A DNA stretch of 64,000 bases, taken from Alphaproteobacteria bacterium (lineage in GTDB: Bacteria; Pseudomonadota; Alphaproteobacteria; CAAGCB01; CAG-977). Position numbers and translations under genes: made by a program. A model generated the notes under the pieces. That model was not told the DNA's origin. It worked only from the letters and a program-made list of their open reading frames with translations, and searched no databases. The stretch covers positions 75,794 to 139,793 of the forward strand of contig CAAGCY010000024.1 of the NCBI GenBank assembly GCA_900768465.1, in the 5' to 3' direction. This document shows positions 39,716-50,429 of this stretch, in pieces; positions within the stretch are counted from its first letter, which is position 1, and each line of letters opens with the position of its first letter.

Positions 39716-42700
39716 ACGTACACTTCTTCGGTCGCGGACAGGGCTTCGGCGTTTCTGCCCTCGGCGTTTTTCATGCGGTCAAGGACTTTGCGGTATTCAA
39801 TCGGCACGACTTTGACGAACAGCGGGAATCTGTTTTCCCAGTTGTCCAAAATACGCTTTGCCTGCGCCGACCCCGTGTACCAGTAATGCTTTTCCAAAAT
39901 GGCGTGCAGAGCTTCCTTGTCGTCTTTCGACCACACGTTTTCCAAATCAACGCTGTCCAGATTACACCGCGTCTGAAAAATTTCCGTTTCGTCGTAAACG
40001 CAAGCAATGCCGCCGCTCATCCCCGCGGCGAAGTTGTACCCCGTCGATCCGAGGATGACCACCGTTCCGCCCGTCATGTATTCGCAGCAATGGTCGCCGA
40101 CGCCTTCGACAACCGCCAAAGCGCCGCTATTTCTGACGGCGAACCGTTCGCCCGCCATACCGCAGAAATACGCTTCTCCGCCCGTCGCGCCGTACAAAGC
40201 GACGTTGCCGACAATCACGTTTTCATGGGGCATAAAGTCGACGTTCGGCGGATGACGCACAATGATTTTTCCGCCCGACAGTCCTTTGCCGACATAGTCG
40301 TTCGCTTCGCCGTTGACGCGAATGGTGACGCCTTTTGCCAAAAACGCGCCCAAGCTTTGTCCCGCAGAACCCGATAATTCCAGAGTTATGGAATCATCCT
40401 CCAAACCGTCCGCGCCGCAGCGTTTGACGACCGCGCCGCTCAGCCGCGCGCCGACCGTTCTGTCCGTGTTGCGCACGGGCAGCGTAAAGGCGGCTTTCAG
40501 CCCCGTTTTCACCGTATTTTCAATCATCGGCAGCAACGCGGTGTCAAAGCTTTTTTCCGCTTCGGCAGACGCGACGAAATGCCGCGTGCCGTCTTTGGGC
40601 ATTGCCAGCAGACGCGCGAAATCGACGCCCTGCGCCTTGCCTGTTTTTTTGGCGGGATCTTGCTCCAAGCAATCCGCGCGCCCGATCATATCGTCAACGG
40701 TCTTAAAGCCCAGCTGCGCCATATATTCGCGCATTTCTTCGGCGATAAAGCGCAGATAGTTGATGATGTATTCGGGCTTTCCGTCAAACCGCGCGCGCAG
40801 TTCGGGATTTTGCGTCGCCAAACCCATGGGGCAGGTGTCCAAGTGACACTTTCTGTCCATACAGCACCCCAGCGTAATCAGCAAAGCCGTGCCGAAGCCG
40901 TATTCTTCCGCCCCCAGCAAAGCCGCCACCGCCAAATCGCGTCCCGTTTTCAGCTGACCGTCGGTCTGAATTTTAATCCGCCCGCGCAGTCCGTTCGCGA
41001 TTAAAGCCTGCTGTGTTTCGGCAACGCCGATTTCCCACGGCAACCCCGCATGACGAATCGCCGTCATCGGCGACGCGCCCGTCCCGCCGTCATAGCCCGC
41101 AATGGTTACCACGTCGGCTTTGGCTTTCGCAACGCCCGAAGCAATCGTCCCGACGCCCGCTTTTGCAACAAGCTTCACGGATATTTTCGCGTTCGGATTG
41201 ACCATTTTCAAATCGAAAATCAGCTGAGCCAAATCTTCGATGGAATAAATGTCGTGATGCGGCGGGGGCGAAATCAGCGAAACGCCGCTGACCGTATGAC
41301 GGATGCGGGCGATTTCCTCGGTCACTTTGTGCGCGGGCAGCTGTCCGCCCTCGCCCGGTTTTGCGCCTTGCGCCAACTTGATTTGCAATTCCTCGGCGTT
41401 GACCAGATATTCGGTCGTCACCCCGAAACGTCCCGACGCGATTTGCTTGATTTTGGAACAAATGTCGTTGCCGTCGGGCTTGGTGTAAAAGCGGTACGGG
41501 TCTTCGCCGCCTTCGCCCGAATTGCTGCGCGCGCCGATGCGGTTCATCGCGATTGCAATCGTTTCGTGCGTTTCGCGGTTAATCGACCCCATGGACATCG
41601 CGGCGGAAACAAAGCGTTTCATAATGTTTTCGGCGGGTTCGACTTCGGCAATATCAATCGGCGTTCCCGCTTTGAACCGCAGCAAAGCCCGCAAAGTCAG
41701 CGGGTCGCGGTTTTCAATCAGCGCGCTGTATTGCTTGTAAAGCGCATAATCGTTTTCCCGCACCGCTTTTTTCAGCATAGCCATGGCTTGCGGTGTCCAC
41801 AAGTGTTCTTCGCCGCCCCTTTGCAAGCGGTAATCGCCGCCGACGTTCAATTCGGGTTCGGGTGATTCGTCGAAAGCCCTGTGATGACGCGCCGCACAAT
41901 CCCGCGCGATATCGTCCAAACCGATGCCGCCGATGGCGGACGACGTACCTGTAAAGTGCTTGTCAATCAAAGCCTTGCCCAGACCGACCGCCTCGAACAC
42001 CTGCGATCCCCAGAAACTGCGCACGGTCGAAATGCCGACTCGGCTGAAGCATTTGAGCAATCCTTTTTTCAGCGCGGTCAGATAAGCGAATTCGGCTTCT
42101 TCGGGTGTTTTTGTTTTTTCCAGCTCGCCGTTTTCCGCCATGGCGCGCACGGTTTGCAAAGCGATTGCGGGACAAACCGCGTTTGCGCCGAACGCAATCA
42201 GCTGAGCAAAGTGAATGACCTCGCGCGCTTCGCCCGTTTCGGCGATAATGCCCGCTTTGTAGCGCAAACCTTTGCGAATCAGGAAATGGTGCAACCCCGA
42301 AACCGCCAGCAAAGCGGGAATCGGCGTATGGTTTTTGTCGCACTCAAGGTCGCTGAGAATCAGAATATCCGCGCCGTTTTGAACAGCGTTTTCGGCTTTC
42401 GCGAACAAATCGTCCAAAGCGGCGTTCAGCCCCTCGCCGCCCTTTGAAGCGTCGAATACGGCGTTCAGCCGCACGGATTTGATGTCTTCGTTTTCGATTT
42501 TTTCCAAATGCGCCAACAAAGCGGGTTCCAAAATCGGCGACGTCAGTTTCAGCCGTCTGAAATGCCCCGCCGTTTCAGTCAAGAGGTTCTTTTCCCGCCC
42601 GATAAAGCTCATCAGGCTCATCACCAATTCTTCGCGCAAGGGGTCGATGGGCGGGTTGGTGACCTGCGCGAACTGCTGTTTGAAATAGCTGAACAGCAGC

Positions 42701-44262
42701 TGCGGACGGTGCGACAATACGGCAAGCGGCGCGTCGTAGCCCATTGAACCGACGGGTTCCTGCGCGTTTGACGCCATGGGGTTCAAAATCAGCTTCAATT
42801 CCTCTGCCGTATAGCCGAATTCGTTTTGATACCGCTTCAGCGTTTCAACATCCGTCGCTTTATCGGCGGCGGGAGCATAAAGCGTGTTGATTTGAATACG
42901 GTTTTCGCGAACCCAGTGGCGGTACGGATTCTGACGCGAGATTTTACCCTTGATTTCGCTGTCGGACACGATTCTTTTCTGCCGCAAATCGACCAGAAAC
43001 ATCTTGCCGGGGGTCAGTTTGCCGCGCACGCGGATATTGTTCGGCGCAACGTCGATAACGCCCGCTTCGCTTGCCATAATGACGAATCCGTCCTTGGTCA
43101 CCGTATAGCGGCAGGGACGCAGTCCGTTCCTGTCCAGCAATCCGCCGACATAGTTGCGCCCGTCCGTGAACACCATCGCCGCGGGTCCGTCCCACGGCTC
43201 CATAATCGACGCGTGGTATTCGTAAAACGCGCGTTTGTCCTCGCTCATCACGAATTTGTCGCCGAACGCTTCGGGCACCATCATCATCATCGCGTGCGGA
43301 ATCGACCGTCCCGTAACCGTCAGCATTTCCAAAACGTTGTCGAAAATCATCGTGTCCGACCCCGTTTCGTCAATCACGGGTTTGATGTTTTCGATTTCCG
43401 CGCCGAACGCGTCGCTGGCGAGGTTCGGCTCAATCGCCCTGATATGGTTGACGTTGCCGCGCAAAGTGTTGATTTCGCCGTTGTGGGCGACCGCGCGGAA
43501 CGGCTGAGCCATGCGCCATGTCGGCAAAGTGTTCGTGCTGTAGCGCGAATGGGCGATGCAGAACGCGGCGGCAAAGTCTTCATCCTTTAAATCCGTGTAA
43601 AATTCCGCCATGTGCGACCCCGCGACCAGCCCTTTGTAAACAATGGTGCGCGGCGACAGGGAGCAAACGTAAAACTGGGACAAATCCTTGTCCTTGACGG
43701 CTTTGATTTCTTTTTCGACCGTTTTGCGGATTAAATAAAGCTTGCGAATGAACTCCTGTTCGTTCATCCCGCCGCTTGCCAGAAAGATTTGCTTGAACAC
43801 CGGCACGGTTTTCGCCGCGATTTCGCCCAGCAGGGAAAAATCGACGGGAACGTCGCGTTCGCCGATGTAGCGGCAGCCGTACTTTTCCGCCGTAATGCGC
43901 AAAGCGCGCAGACAGACGACGGCATCGTCGGCGTCAGAGGGCAAAAACACCTGTCCCACCGCGTATTCGCCCGTTTTGGGCAAAGCGAACGGAACGGATT
44001 TTCTGAAAAACCCGTCGGGCAGCTGCACCATGATTCCCGCGCCGTCGCTGGTTTTGCCGTCCGCGCCGATGGCGCAGCGGTGTTCCAGATTGCTTAAAAT
44101 CGTAATGCCTTTGCGCACCAAATCGTGTTCGGGTTTGGCGTTCAGATTGACGATAAAGCCGATACCGCAGTTTTCATGCTCCAAATTCGGATTGTAAAGC
44201 CCGAATTCGCGGGGTTCGCCCGCAGCGTTGCATGTAAAACCGTTTATCGTTTGTGTCGTCAT
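39712..44262 (-). CDS. gltB: glutamate synthase large subunit
   Basis: N-terminal amidotransferase Cys (CGIGF), FMN and Fe-S domains, 1516 aa. Start at the ATG at 44262 with a GGAGG RBS. No gltD is adjacent. Confidence 0.95.
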   Translation of the reverse strand: MTTQTINGFTCNAAGEPREFGLYNPNLEHENCGIGFIVNLNAKPEHDLVRKGITILSNLEHRCAIGADGKTSDGAGIMVQLPDGFFRKSVPFALPKTGEYAVGQVFLPSDADDAVVCLRALRITAEKYGCRYIGERDVPVDFSLLGEIAAKTVPVFKQIFLASGGMNEQEFIRKLYLIRKTVEKEIKAVKDKDLSQFYVCSLSPRTIVYKGLVAGSHMAEFYTDLKDEDFAAAFCIAHSRYSTNTLPTWRMAQPFRAVAHNGEINTLRGNVNHIRAIEPNLASDAFGAEIENIKPVIDETGSDTMIFDNVLEMLTVTGRSIPHAMMMMVPEAFGDKFVMSEDKRAFYEYHASIMEPWDGPAAMVFTDGRNYVGGLLDRNGLRPCRYTVTKDGFVIMASEAGVIDVAPNNIRVRGKLTPGKMFLVDLRQKRIVSDSEIKGKISRQNPYRHWVRENRIQINTLYAPAADKATDVETLKRYQNEFGYTAEELKLILNPMASNAQEPVGSMGYDAPLAVLSHRPQLLFSYFKQQFAQVTNPPIDPLREELVMSLMSFIGREKNLLTETAGHFRRLKLTSPILEPALLAHLEKIENEDIKSVRLNAVFDASKGGEGLNAALDDLFAKAENAVQNGADILILSDLECDKNHTPIPALLAVSGLHHFLIRKGLRYKAGIIAETGEAREVIHFAQLIAFGANAVCPAIALQTVRAMAENGELEKTKTPEEAEFAYLTALKKGLLKCFSRVGISTVRSFWGSQVFEAVGLGKALIDKHFTGTSSAIGGIGLDDIARDCAARHHRAFDESPEPELNVGGDYRLQRGGEEHLWTPQAMAMLKKAVRENDYALYKQYSALIENRDPLTLRALLRFKAGTPIDIAEVEPAENIMKRFVSAAMSMGSINRETHETIAIAMNRIGARSNSGEGGEDPYRFYTKPDGNDICSKIKQIASGRFGVTTEYLVNAEELQIKLAQGAKPGEGGQLPAHKVTEEIARIRHTVSGVSLISPPPHHDIYSIEDLAQLIFDLKMVNPNAKISVKLVAKAGVGTIASGVAKAKADVVTIAGYDGGTGASPMTAIRHAGLPWEIGVAETQQALIANGLRGRIKIQTDGQLKTGRDLAVAALLGAEEYGFGTALLITLGCCMDRKCHLDTCPMGLATQNPELRARFDGKPEYIINYLRFIAEEMREYMAQLGFKTVDDMIGRADCLEQDPAKKTGKAQGVDFARLLAMPKDGTRHFVASAEAEKSFDTALLPMIENTVKTGLKAAFTLPVRNTDRTVGARLSGAVVKRCGADGLEDDSITLELSGSAGQSLGAFLAKGVTIRVNGEANDYVGKGLSGGKIIVRHPPNVDFMPHENVIVGNVALYGATGGEAYFCGMAGERFAVRNSGALAVVEGVGDHCCEYMTGGTVVILGSTGYNFAAGMSGGIACVYDETEIFQTRCNLDSVDLENVWSKDDKEALHAILEKHYWYTGSAQAKRILDNWENRFPLFVKVVPIEYRKVLDRMKNAEGRNAEALSATEEVYV

Positions 44263-44348
44263 GAAAGCCTCCGCTTGTTTTGATACAAAAGCGGGGGAAA
44301 GATACACTTTTTTGACGGCTTTTTACAGCGGAAAATGCAGTTTTTTCA

Positions 44349-44558
44349 TCAATAATGCGGCGGCGGGACTTCTTCGGACAAAGGACGGACGAATTCGCCG
44401 GCGCCGTGCAGTTCCAAAAAGCGCACTTCCTTTTCCAAACGGTCGATGGTCAGCGCCTGTTCGGCGACGATTTGGTTCAAGTCTTTCAGCGTGCGGTCGA
44501 AATCCGCGACAAACATTTCCAAAGCGATAAAGCGTTCTTCGGTTTCAATATCGGTCAT
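44349..44558 (-). CDS. slyX: SlyX family protein
   Basis: 69-aa coiled-coil protein ending in ..PPPHY, as in E. coli SlyX. Start at the ATG at 44558 with an AAGGAG RBS; the track ORF has an 83-aa spurious extension. Confidence 0.7.
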   Translation of the reverse strand: MTDIETEERFIALEMFVADFDRTLKDLNQIVAEQALTIDRLEKEVRFLELHGAGEFVRPLSEEVPPPHY

Positions 44559-44670
44559 GGGCAAATCTCCTTCTATCCTCTTTTGTAGCTTCACAAACCG
44601 CAAATAACAAGTCATCACTTGAGATAGTTTCAAAAAAGGGATACCCTGCACAAAAAAAAGAGAGGTCACC

Positions 44671-45858
44671 ATGTCTGATTTGATTAACTTGTTTTGCACT
44701 TTGGCGAAAATTCCGTCCCCGTCCATGCGCGAAGACGCCGTCGCCGAAAAAATCATGTCTTTTTTCACCGAAAACGGCATTGATTGCCGCCGCGACGAAA
44801 CGGGCAACGTCTACGCCCGCGTTCCCGCGATCGATTCGGCGAAAAAGCCCGTTATGCTGTCCGCGCACATGGATGTCGTGGGCGACGACCGCCCCGTGCA
44901 TATCGTTGAAAAAGACGGCTTTATCGAAACCGACAAAACCCGCACTTTGGGCGCCGACGACAAAGCGGGCGTTTCGTGCGCCATGATGCTGGCGAAAGAA
45001 ACGGCTGCCGACAAAACGCTGAAGCACGGCGGGCTGGAAATCGTGTTCACCCGCGACGAAGAACAAAATATGACGGGCGCGCGCAACATCGAATATAAAA
45101 CGCTGGAATCCGAACACATCCTTGTTTTGGACGGCGACCGTTTGGGCGAACTGCAAATCGCGGGCGCGGGCTACACCAAAATGACGCTGTCCGTCACAGG
45201 CACGAAAGGCGGTCATTCGGGCATCGACATCGCCGATACGTCGCGCGTCAACGCGGTCAAGCTGTTGGCGGAAATCATGGCTCAAATTCCGCAAGGCGTT
45301 TACAAGCAAGACGAAACGGGCGTCGTTACGTCGATTAACGCGGGCGCAATCGCGGCGGGCGGACTGAAGAACATTCAAACCGACAAGCAGGGCGCGGCGT
45401 TTATGGCGGAACTGGCGGACAAAGCGATGACGAATATGATTAACACGGACGCATTCGCCGTTTATTCGATTCGCAGTTCCGATTTGAAAAACGAAGAACA
45501 ACTGCACCGCGACATCGAATCGATTGTCGCAAAGTTCAAGGATAAAGCCGACGTTTCCGTCGTCTTCAAGCGCAACCTGCCGCCGTTCGAGCGTTCCGCC
45601 GACGAAACGGTAACGATTGCCGCGCGCAAAGCCGCCGAAACCGCGAACGTCCCGTTGACCGTGTCGTCGTTTCACGCCGCGGCGGAAACGCATCTGTACG
45701 CAACGGAAACGAACAAGTCGGGCGTTGTGTTCAAACCCGTTTTGCTGGGTATCGCAAACATCTACAACATGCATTCCGCCGACGAAAAAATCGAACGCGA
45801 ATCCCTTGTCAAAGGCTATGCTTTATTGAAAGAAATCTTCAAACAAATCAACGCTTAA
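44671..45858 (+). CDS. M20B-family metallopeptidase (peptidase T-like tripeptidase)
   Basis: SAHMDVV and TLGADDKAGVSCAMMLA match the M20 metal-binding signatures; PepT-like. Confidence 0.8.
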   Translation: MSDLINLFCTLAKIPSPSMREDAVAEKIMSFFTENGIDCRRDETGNVYARVPAIDSAKKPVMLSAHMDVVGDDRPVHIVEKDGFIETDKTRTLGADDKAGVSCAMMLAKETAADKTLKHGGLEIVFTRDEEQNMTGARNIEYKTLESEHILVLDGDRLGELQIAGAGYTKMTLSVTGTKGGHSGIDIADTSRVNAVKLLAEIMAQIPQGVYKQDETGVVTSINAGAIAAGGLKNIQTDKQGAAFMAELADKAMTNMINTDAFAVYSIRSSDLKNEEQLHRDIESIVAKFKDKADVSVVFKRNLPPFERSADETVTIAARKAAETANVPLTVSSFHAAAETHLYATETNKSGVVFKPVLLGIANIYNMHSADEKIERESLVKGYALLKEIFKQINA

Positions 45859-45914
45859 GCCTTTTTTAACCCGCTGTTGTTATCCTCTATAATCCGATAA
45901 AAAAGGATAAGAGG

Positions 45915-46616
45915 ATGACAACAAACGATTTGGGCGCGGTATTGGCGCATACGAAAAACTGGATTTTCGACTTGGACGACACGCTTTATCCGCCGTCCGA
46001 AGTCATTTACGCCCAAATGGCGCGGCGCATCCGCGATTATATCATGAAAACCGTCGGCGTCGACGAACAAACGGCAAGCGTCATTCAGAAAAGCTATTAC
46101 AAGCAATACGGCGCGACCGTTCACGGGTTGGTGCTGGAACATCATATCAGTCCCGCCGATTTTACCGACTATGTTCATCGGCTTGATTTGTCGTCATTGA
46201 AGCCCGACCCGAAACTGCGCGCGGTTATGCAAGCTTTGCCGGGGCGGCGGTTCGTGTTCACCAACGGCGCGTACGAACACGCCGAACGCGTTTTAAAGCG
46301 CATCGGATTGGACGATTTGATAAACGGCATTTTTTCAATCCGCGAAGCGGGCTATATTCCCAAACCCGCGCTTGAAACCTATCAAAAAATGATAAAAGCG
46401 TTTAACATCAATCCCGCCGAAAGCATGATGTTCGACGACAACCAGCAAAACGTTCTGGGGGCGAAACGCGCGGGCATCAAAGGCGTTTGGATTTCGTCGA
46501 ACGTTTCAAACAACAAGTACTGCACGGCGGATTGCGACGATTTCTGCGACTATCAAACCCCCGATTTGGTCACTTTTCTGACGCCGTACTTCGGCAACGC
46601 GAAACAAGCGTCCTAA
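45915..46616 (+). CDS. HAD-IA hydrolase, pyrimidine 5'-nucleotidase family
   Basis: WIFDLDDTLYP motif I, HAD motifs II to IV, length 233 aa. Confidence 0.8.
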   Translation: MTTNDLGAVLAHTKNWIFDLDDTLYPPSEVIYAQMARRIRDYIMKTVGVDEQTASVIQKSYYKQYGATVHGLVLEHHISPADFTDYVHRLDLSSLKPDPKLRAVMQALPGRRFVFTNGAYEHAERVLKRIGLDDLINGIFSIREAGYIPKPALETYQKMIKAFNINPAESMMFDDNQQNVLGAKRAGIKGVWISSNVSNNKYCTADCDDFCDYQTPDLVTFLTPYFGNAKQAS

Positions 46617-46972
46617 AATTCCCGCCACGATTTGCCGTTCAGCAGCAAATCGACGGGCTTCGGTTCCCCGTATTTCGGCAAAGCAATCACCATTTCCGCC
46701 TTGACGGCCGAGGAACGCAAAACGGTTTCCAACTCCCGCGCTTTGTTTTCGGGAACATAAAAGCGGCGAATGTCGTTACAGCAGTCTTTGTAAGGCGAAT
46801 TTTCGGGATACAGCACTTGAATGCGCAAGTAATGCCCGCTCAGCAAATCGCGCGGATCGTAGCCTTCGACGGGCAGAACGATTTTTTCGGCGGTCGAAAG
46901 CGAAACCTGCAAAACAGACACCCAGCAAAACAGCGCGATTATCGGCAAAGCCAGTAAAATCTTTGTTTTCAT
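46613..46972 (-). CDS. GDYXXLXY-domain protein
   Basis: Signal anchor plus EGYDPRDLLSGHYLRI, a GDYxxLxY-like motif. It is coupled to the upstream DUF2157 gene by an ATGA overlap. Confidence 0.65.
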   Translation of the reverse strand: MKTKILLALPIIALFCWVSVLQVSLSTAEKIVLPVEGYDPRDLLSGHYLRIQVLYPENSPYKDCCNDIRRFYVPENKARELETVLRSSAVKAEMVIALPKYGEPKPVDLLLNGKSWREF

Positions 46973-48042
46973 TTCAGCCCCGCTTTCAGTTTCAAATCGA
47001 TTTTACGCCAGCCGACCGCCAGCCCCAAAATCACCATTCCCGTGAAAATCAGCCCGAACCCCGTCGACAGCAACGTTCCGAACAGCTCCAGATACGCCGC
47101 GAACAGCCGTATCCCCAAACACAGCGTCAGCATGCGGGAAAGCCCGACGGCTTTGGCTTGCGCGGCGGCAACGACCAAACACACCAGCACGCACAGCTGA
47201 GCGGCAAACACAACAATCTGTTCGTTCACGCCGCCCAACACCGTTGCAAAAACAACGCAAACGGGATACAGGGATTTATACGGCGTTTTAAGGGCGTAAA
47301 GCACTCCCGCCGCCGCCGCTGCCCAAACCGCCATGGAAACAAAGCCGACCGCGGGAATGTTCCGATGCCACATGTAATCGGGATTCATCAGCGGCAGCAC
47401 GGCGAATGCGGCGGAAAGCCACCGCACGGGGGTCAAAAAAACTTTCGCTTTGTCCGTCAGCAGCGTCGCCCCCCACACCGCCATAAAGAAAGCGGAAACA
47501 CACAAAGAGCTTTCAAAGTATTCCGCCCAGAAATCGAACACCTTTTCGGCAAAGGGGGAAGTCAAAAAAGCACCGAAAACCGCGGCTTCCCACAAAAACC
47601 CGAAAAGCACTTTTTTCGTCAGAAGCATCGGCGGAAAAGACAGCGCGCTCCAAAATGCCAGCGTTTTCCACGTTTCGGACTGCAAATGGAAAATCTGCCC
47701 GACCAGCCCCATCGCCGCGAAAAACAAAATGCCCTGCGAAAACAGCAAAGCTTCGAATACGGCGGGCTTTTTACCCTGCACGCGCACGGCGGCAACGGCG
47801 TTTGCGGCAAGCGCGGCAAACATCGCCGTCAACTTCAAACCCGCGGGAATATCCTGCCAATTCGCCGCGACAATCGCGACAATGCCCAATCCGACCGCGA
47901 ACACGCCGACCAGCCCCAACGCCAGAAACGGCGACAAAACCGATTTTCGGTTTTGCTCGAATTCCAACACTTTTTCACCCTGTTCGGCGGTAATCAAATC
48001 CGCCCCGACCCAATCGGATATTTTGCGCGCCAGCGATGCCAT
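46969..48042 (-). CDS. DUF2157-like integral membrane protein
   Basis: Multi-TM protein. It is the usual partner of GDYXXLXY proteins (a COG4872/COG4929-type pair). Confidence 0.6.
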   Translation of the reverse strand: MASLARKISDWVGADLITAEQGEKVLEFEQNRKSVLSPFLALGLVGVFAVGLGIVAIVAANWQDIPAGLKLTAMFAALAANAVAAVRVQGKKPAVFEALLFSQGILFFAAMGLVGQIFHLQSETWKTLAFWSALSFPPMLLTKKVLFGFLWEAAVFGAFLTSPFAEKVFDFWAEYFESSLCVSAFFMAVWGATLLTDKAKVFLTPVRWLSAAFAVLPLMNPDYMWHRNIPAVGFVSMAVWAAAAAGVLYALKTPYKSLYPVCVVFATVLGGVNEQIVVFAAQLCVLVCLVVAAAQAKAVGLSRMLTLCLGIRLFAAYLELFGTLLSTGFGLIFTGMVILGLAVGWRKIDLKLKAGLK

Positions 48043-48152
48043 AAAAGGTCCTCCCCGTTTGTTTTATCAACGATAGCACGGATTTTTGTTTACAAACAAC
48101 GCCTTTTTAACGTACATTTTTGAAATCTGCTGACAGGAAAGGATACTAAATC

Positions 48153-48596
48153 ATGAAAAAAGCAGCTTTGTTTTTGGTTTTGTTCTTGGGTTCCGCGTCC
48201 AACGCTTTCGCGTATGACAGCACGGGTTGCGGTTTGGGTTCTCTGGTTTTCAAAGGACAGAAAGGTCCCGTCCCCCAAGTTTTGGCGGTAACGACAAACG
48301 GTTCGTTCGGAACGCAGACGTTCGGCATTACGTCCAACACGTCGGGCTGCGACAGCTACGGCAGAATCACGGGCGGCACGGGTCGCATGTTCGCGTTTTT
48401 GGAAAACAATCTGGATCAGTTCGCCGCTGACGCCGCCGTCGGCAAAGGCGAAACCATCGAAGCCATTGCCGCCATCACCGGCCGCGATGCCGAAACGGTC
48501 GGCCGCGTTGCGCACAACAACTTTGCCGAATTGTTCGGCGACAAAGACGTTTCCGCTGTGACCGTCACGCTGAAAATGGCGGATTTGCTGGCATAA
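48153..48596 (+). CDS. DUF3015-like secreted protein
   Basis: Signal peptide and a conserved TGCGLGS motif; 147 aa. Confidence 0.55.
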   Translation: MKKAALFLVLFLGSASNAFAYDSTGCGLGSLVFKGQKGPVPQVLAVTTNGSFGTQTFGITSNTSGCDSYGRITGGTGRMFAFLENNLDQFAADAAVGKGETIEAIAAITGRDAETVGRVAHNNFAELFGDKDVSAVTVTLKMADLLA

Positions 48597-48602
48597 CAAG
48601 GA

Positions 48603-50429
48603 ATGAAATTCCTTTTATCGCTTAGTCTTGTTTTTGCTTTTGCCTTTCGCGTCCAAGCTGCTCCCGCGCCTTTGACCGAAAGGCAAAACGCTTTTATCGA
48701 ACGGGCGCAATCGTTGGGGAATCATCCTCAATGGCTGCGCTTGCTTCATTTTCATAAAAAACAAAGTACGATTGACACAAAAGGATTTTTTCTTGCCCCC
48801 GACGGCAAGACAAACCCGCAATCGGAATTGATTGCCGATTTAACGGCTTTTTTCAAAGGCGAATATCTGTGCGATTTTCCCGCCAGACGCATGTTTTTAA
48901 CCAAAGAACTGGGCATTGGCGCAAACGAGATGAAAACGCCCGAATGTGCGGATTATTCGGCTTTGAAAAAAGCGGTGAACGCGGATAACTTCACGCTGAT
49001 TTACACAACGGCGTTCATGGGCAATCCCGCTTCGTTTTTCGGACATACTTTGATGCGGCTGGATTCGTGCGAAAACCCCGCTTTGCTGGCGCACGCATTG
49101 AATTACGGCGCGGTAACGGGAAAAGATTCCGGCTTTTTTTACGCGGTTAAGGGCGTGTTCGGCGGATACCCCGGCATTTTTTCGCTGTATCCCTATTACG
49201 ACACGGTCAACCTGTACAACAATATGGAAAACCGCGACATCTGGGAATACCGGCTGAATCTGACGGATGAGCAGGCATCGTTTTTAATCGACCACATTTG
49301 GGAACTGGGGCGGCAAAGCGCGGACTATTATTTCTTTTCCGAAAACTGTTCGTATATGATTTTGGAAACGCTGAACGTTGTTTTTCCCGAACGGGACTGG
49401 ACGCAAAATCTGCCTCCGTTTACCATTCCCGCAGACACGGTTCGCCTGTTGATGAAACAAAAAGGCGTGATAAAAAAAGCCGTCTACCGCCCCAGCCGCC
49501 AAACCAAAATCAAAGCCGCCTACGCGTCGCTGTCCAAGCCCGAACGCAAGGCTTTGCTGAAGCTGAAGGACGACCCCGCCGCGGATTTGACGGAACTTTC
49601 CGCGCCGCGCCGCGCCGCCGTGTACGAAACGGCGTACGAATATCTGCAGTACCGCTATATCGAGGGCAAAGTCCCCCTTTCGACCCTGCGCGAACAATCG
49701 GTCGCTTTGCTGAAAGCGCGCAACGCCCTGCCTGTCGACAGCCTTGTTCCAAAGCCCGAAACGCCCGCCGTCCGCCCCGATGAAGCGCACGATTCTTCGG
49801 CTTTTACGGTGTCGTTCGGGCGTGATTTAGGAAAAAACTTTACGGAATTGGAACTCAAGCCCGCTTTGCACACCGTTTTGGACAATTCGGCGGGATATTT
49901 GCCTTTCAGCGGCATTGATTATTTCAAAGCCGCTTTGCGCGTGGACGCGGACGGCAAACCGTCCCTGCACCGCTTTGAATTCTTGAATCTGGAATCCTAC
50001 GCCCCGCACGACGCGCTGTTTCATCCCAAAGCGTTCCGCCTGTCCGCAGGACAAAACCGCTTTTTCTACGCGCCGAAAAACAAAGAACTCTCCGTATTCG
50101 ACGCGTCGGCGGATTTGGGGGCTTCGACTTTGCTGACCGAACATATCAACGTGTTCGCGCTCGGCTCCGTTACTTTCAAAGCGGGGGACAAAACCGTCGG
50201 CGGACTGGGCGCTCGGTTCGGTGTTTTGGCGGATTTCGGCACTCTGCGCGCCAAAGCCGACATCGCCCCCATGGCGTATACCCGAAGCGACGCGAACACG
50301 GTTTCGTACCGCGCGGCTTTGTCCGTTTCAATCGGCAAAAATCTGGATTGGGTGTCCGAATTCGCGTTCGACGACGGACGCGGCGCAAACCGCCGCGAAT
50401 TTAAATCGGGACTGCAAAAGCACTTTTAG
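48603..50429 (+). CDS. DUF4105-domain protein (Lnb-like, lipoprotein N-acyltransferase-related periplasmic domain)
   Basis: Signal peptide plus the WLRLLH and FGHTLMRLD motifs characteristic of DUF4105. Confidence 0.65.
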   Translation: MKFLLSLSLVFAFAFRVQAAPAPLTERQNAFIERAQSLGNHPQWLRLLHFHKKQSTIDTKGFFLAPDGKTNPQSELIADLTAFFKGEYLCDFPARRMFLTKELGIGANEMKTPECADYSALKKAVNADNFTLIYTTAFMGNPASFFGHTLMRLDSCENPALLAHALNYGAVTGKDSGFFYAVKGVFGGYPGIFSLYPYYDTVNLYNNMENRDIWEYRLNLTDEQASFLIDHIWELGRQSADYYFFSENCSYMILETLNVVFPERDWTQNLPPFTIPADTVRLLMKQKGVIKKAVYRPSRQTKIKAAYASLSKPERKALLKLKDDPAADLTELSAPRRAAVYETAYEYLQYRYIEGKVPLSTLREQSVALLKARNALPVDSLVPKPETPAVRPDEAHDSSAFTVSFGRDLGKNFTELELKPALHTVLDNSAGYLPFSGIDYFKAALRVDADGKPSLHRFEFLNLESYAPHDALFHPKAFRLSAGQNRFFYAPKNKELSVFDASADLGASTLLTEHINVFALGSVTFKAGDKTVGGLGARFGVLADFGTLRAKADIAPMAYTRSDANTVSYRAALSVSIGKNLDWVSEFAFDDGRGANRREFKSGLQKHF

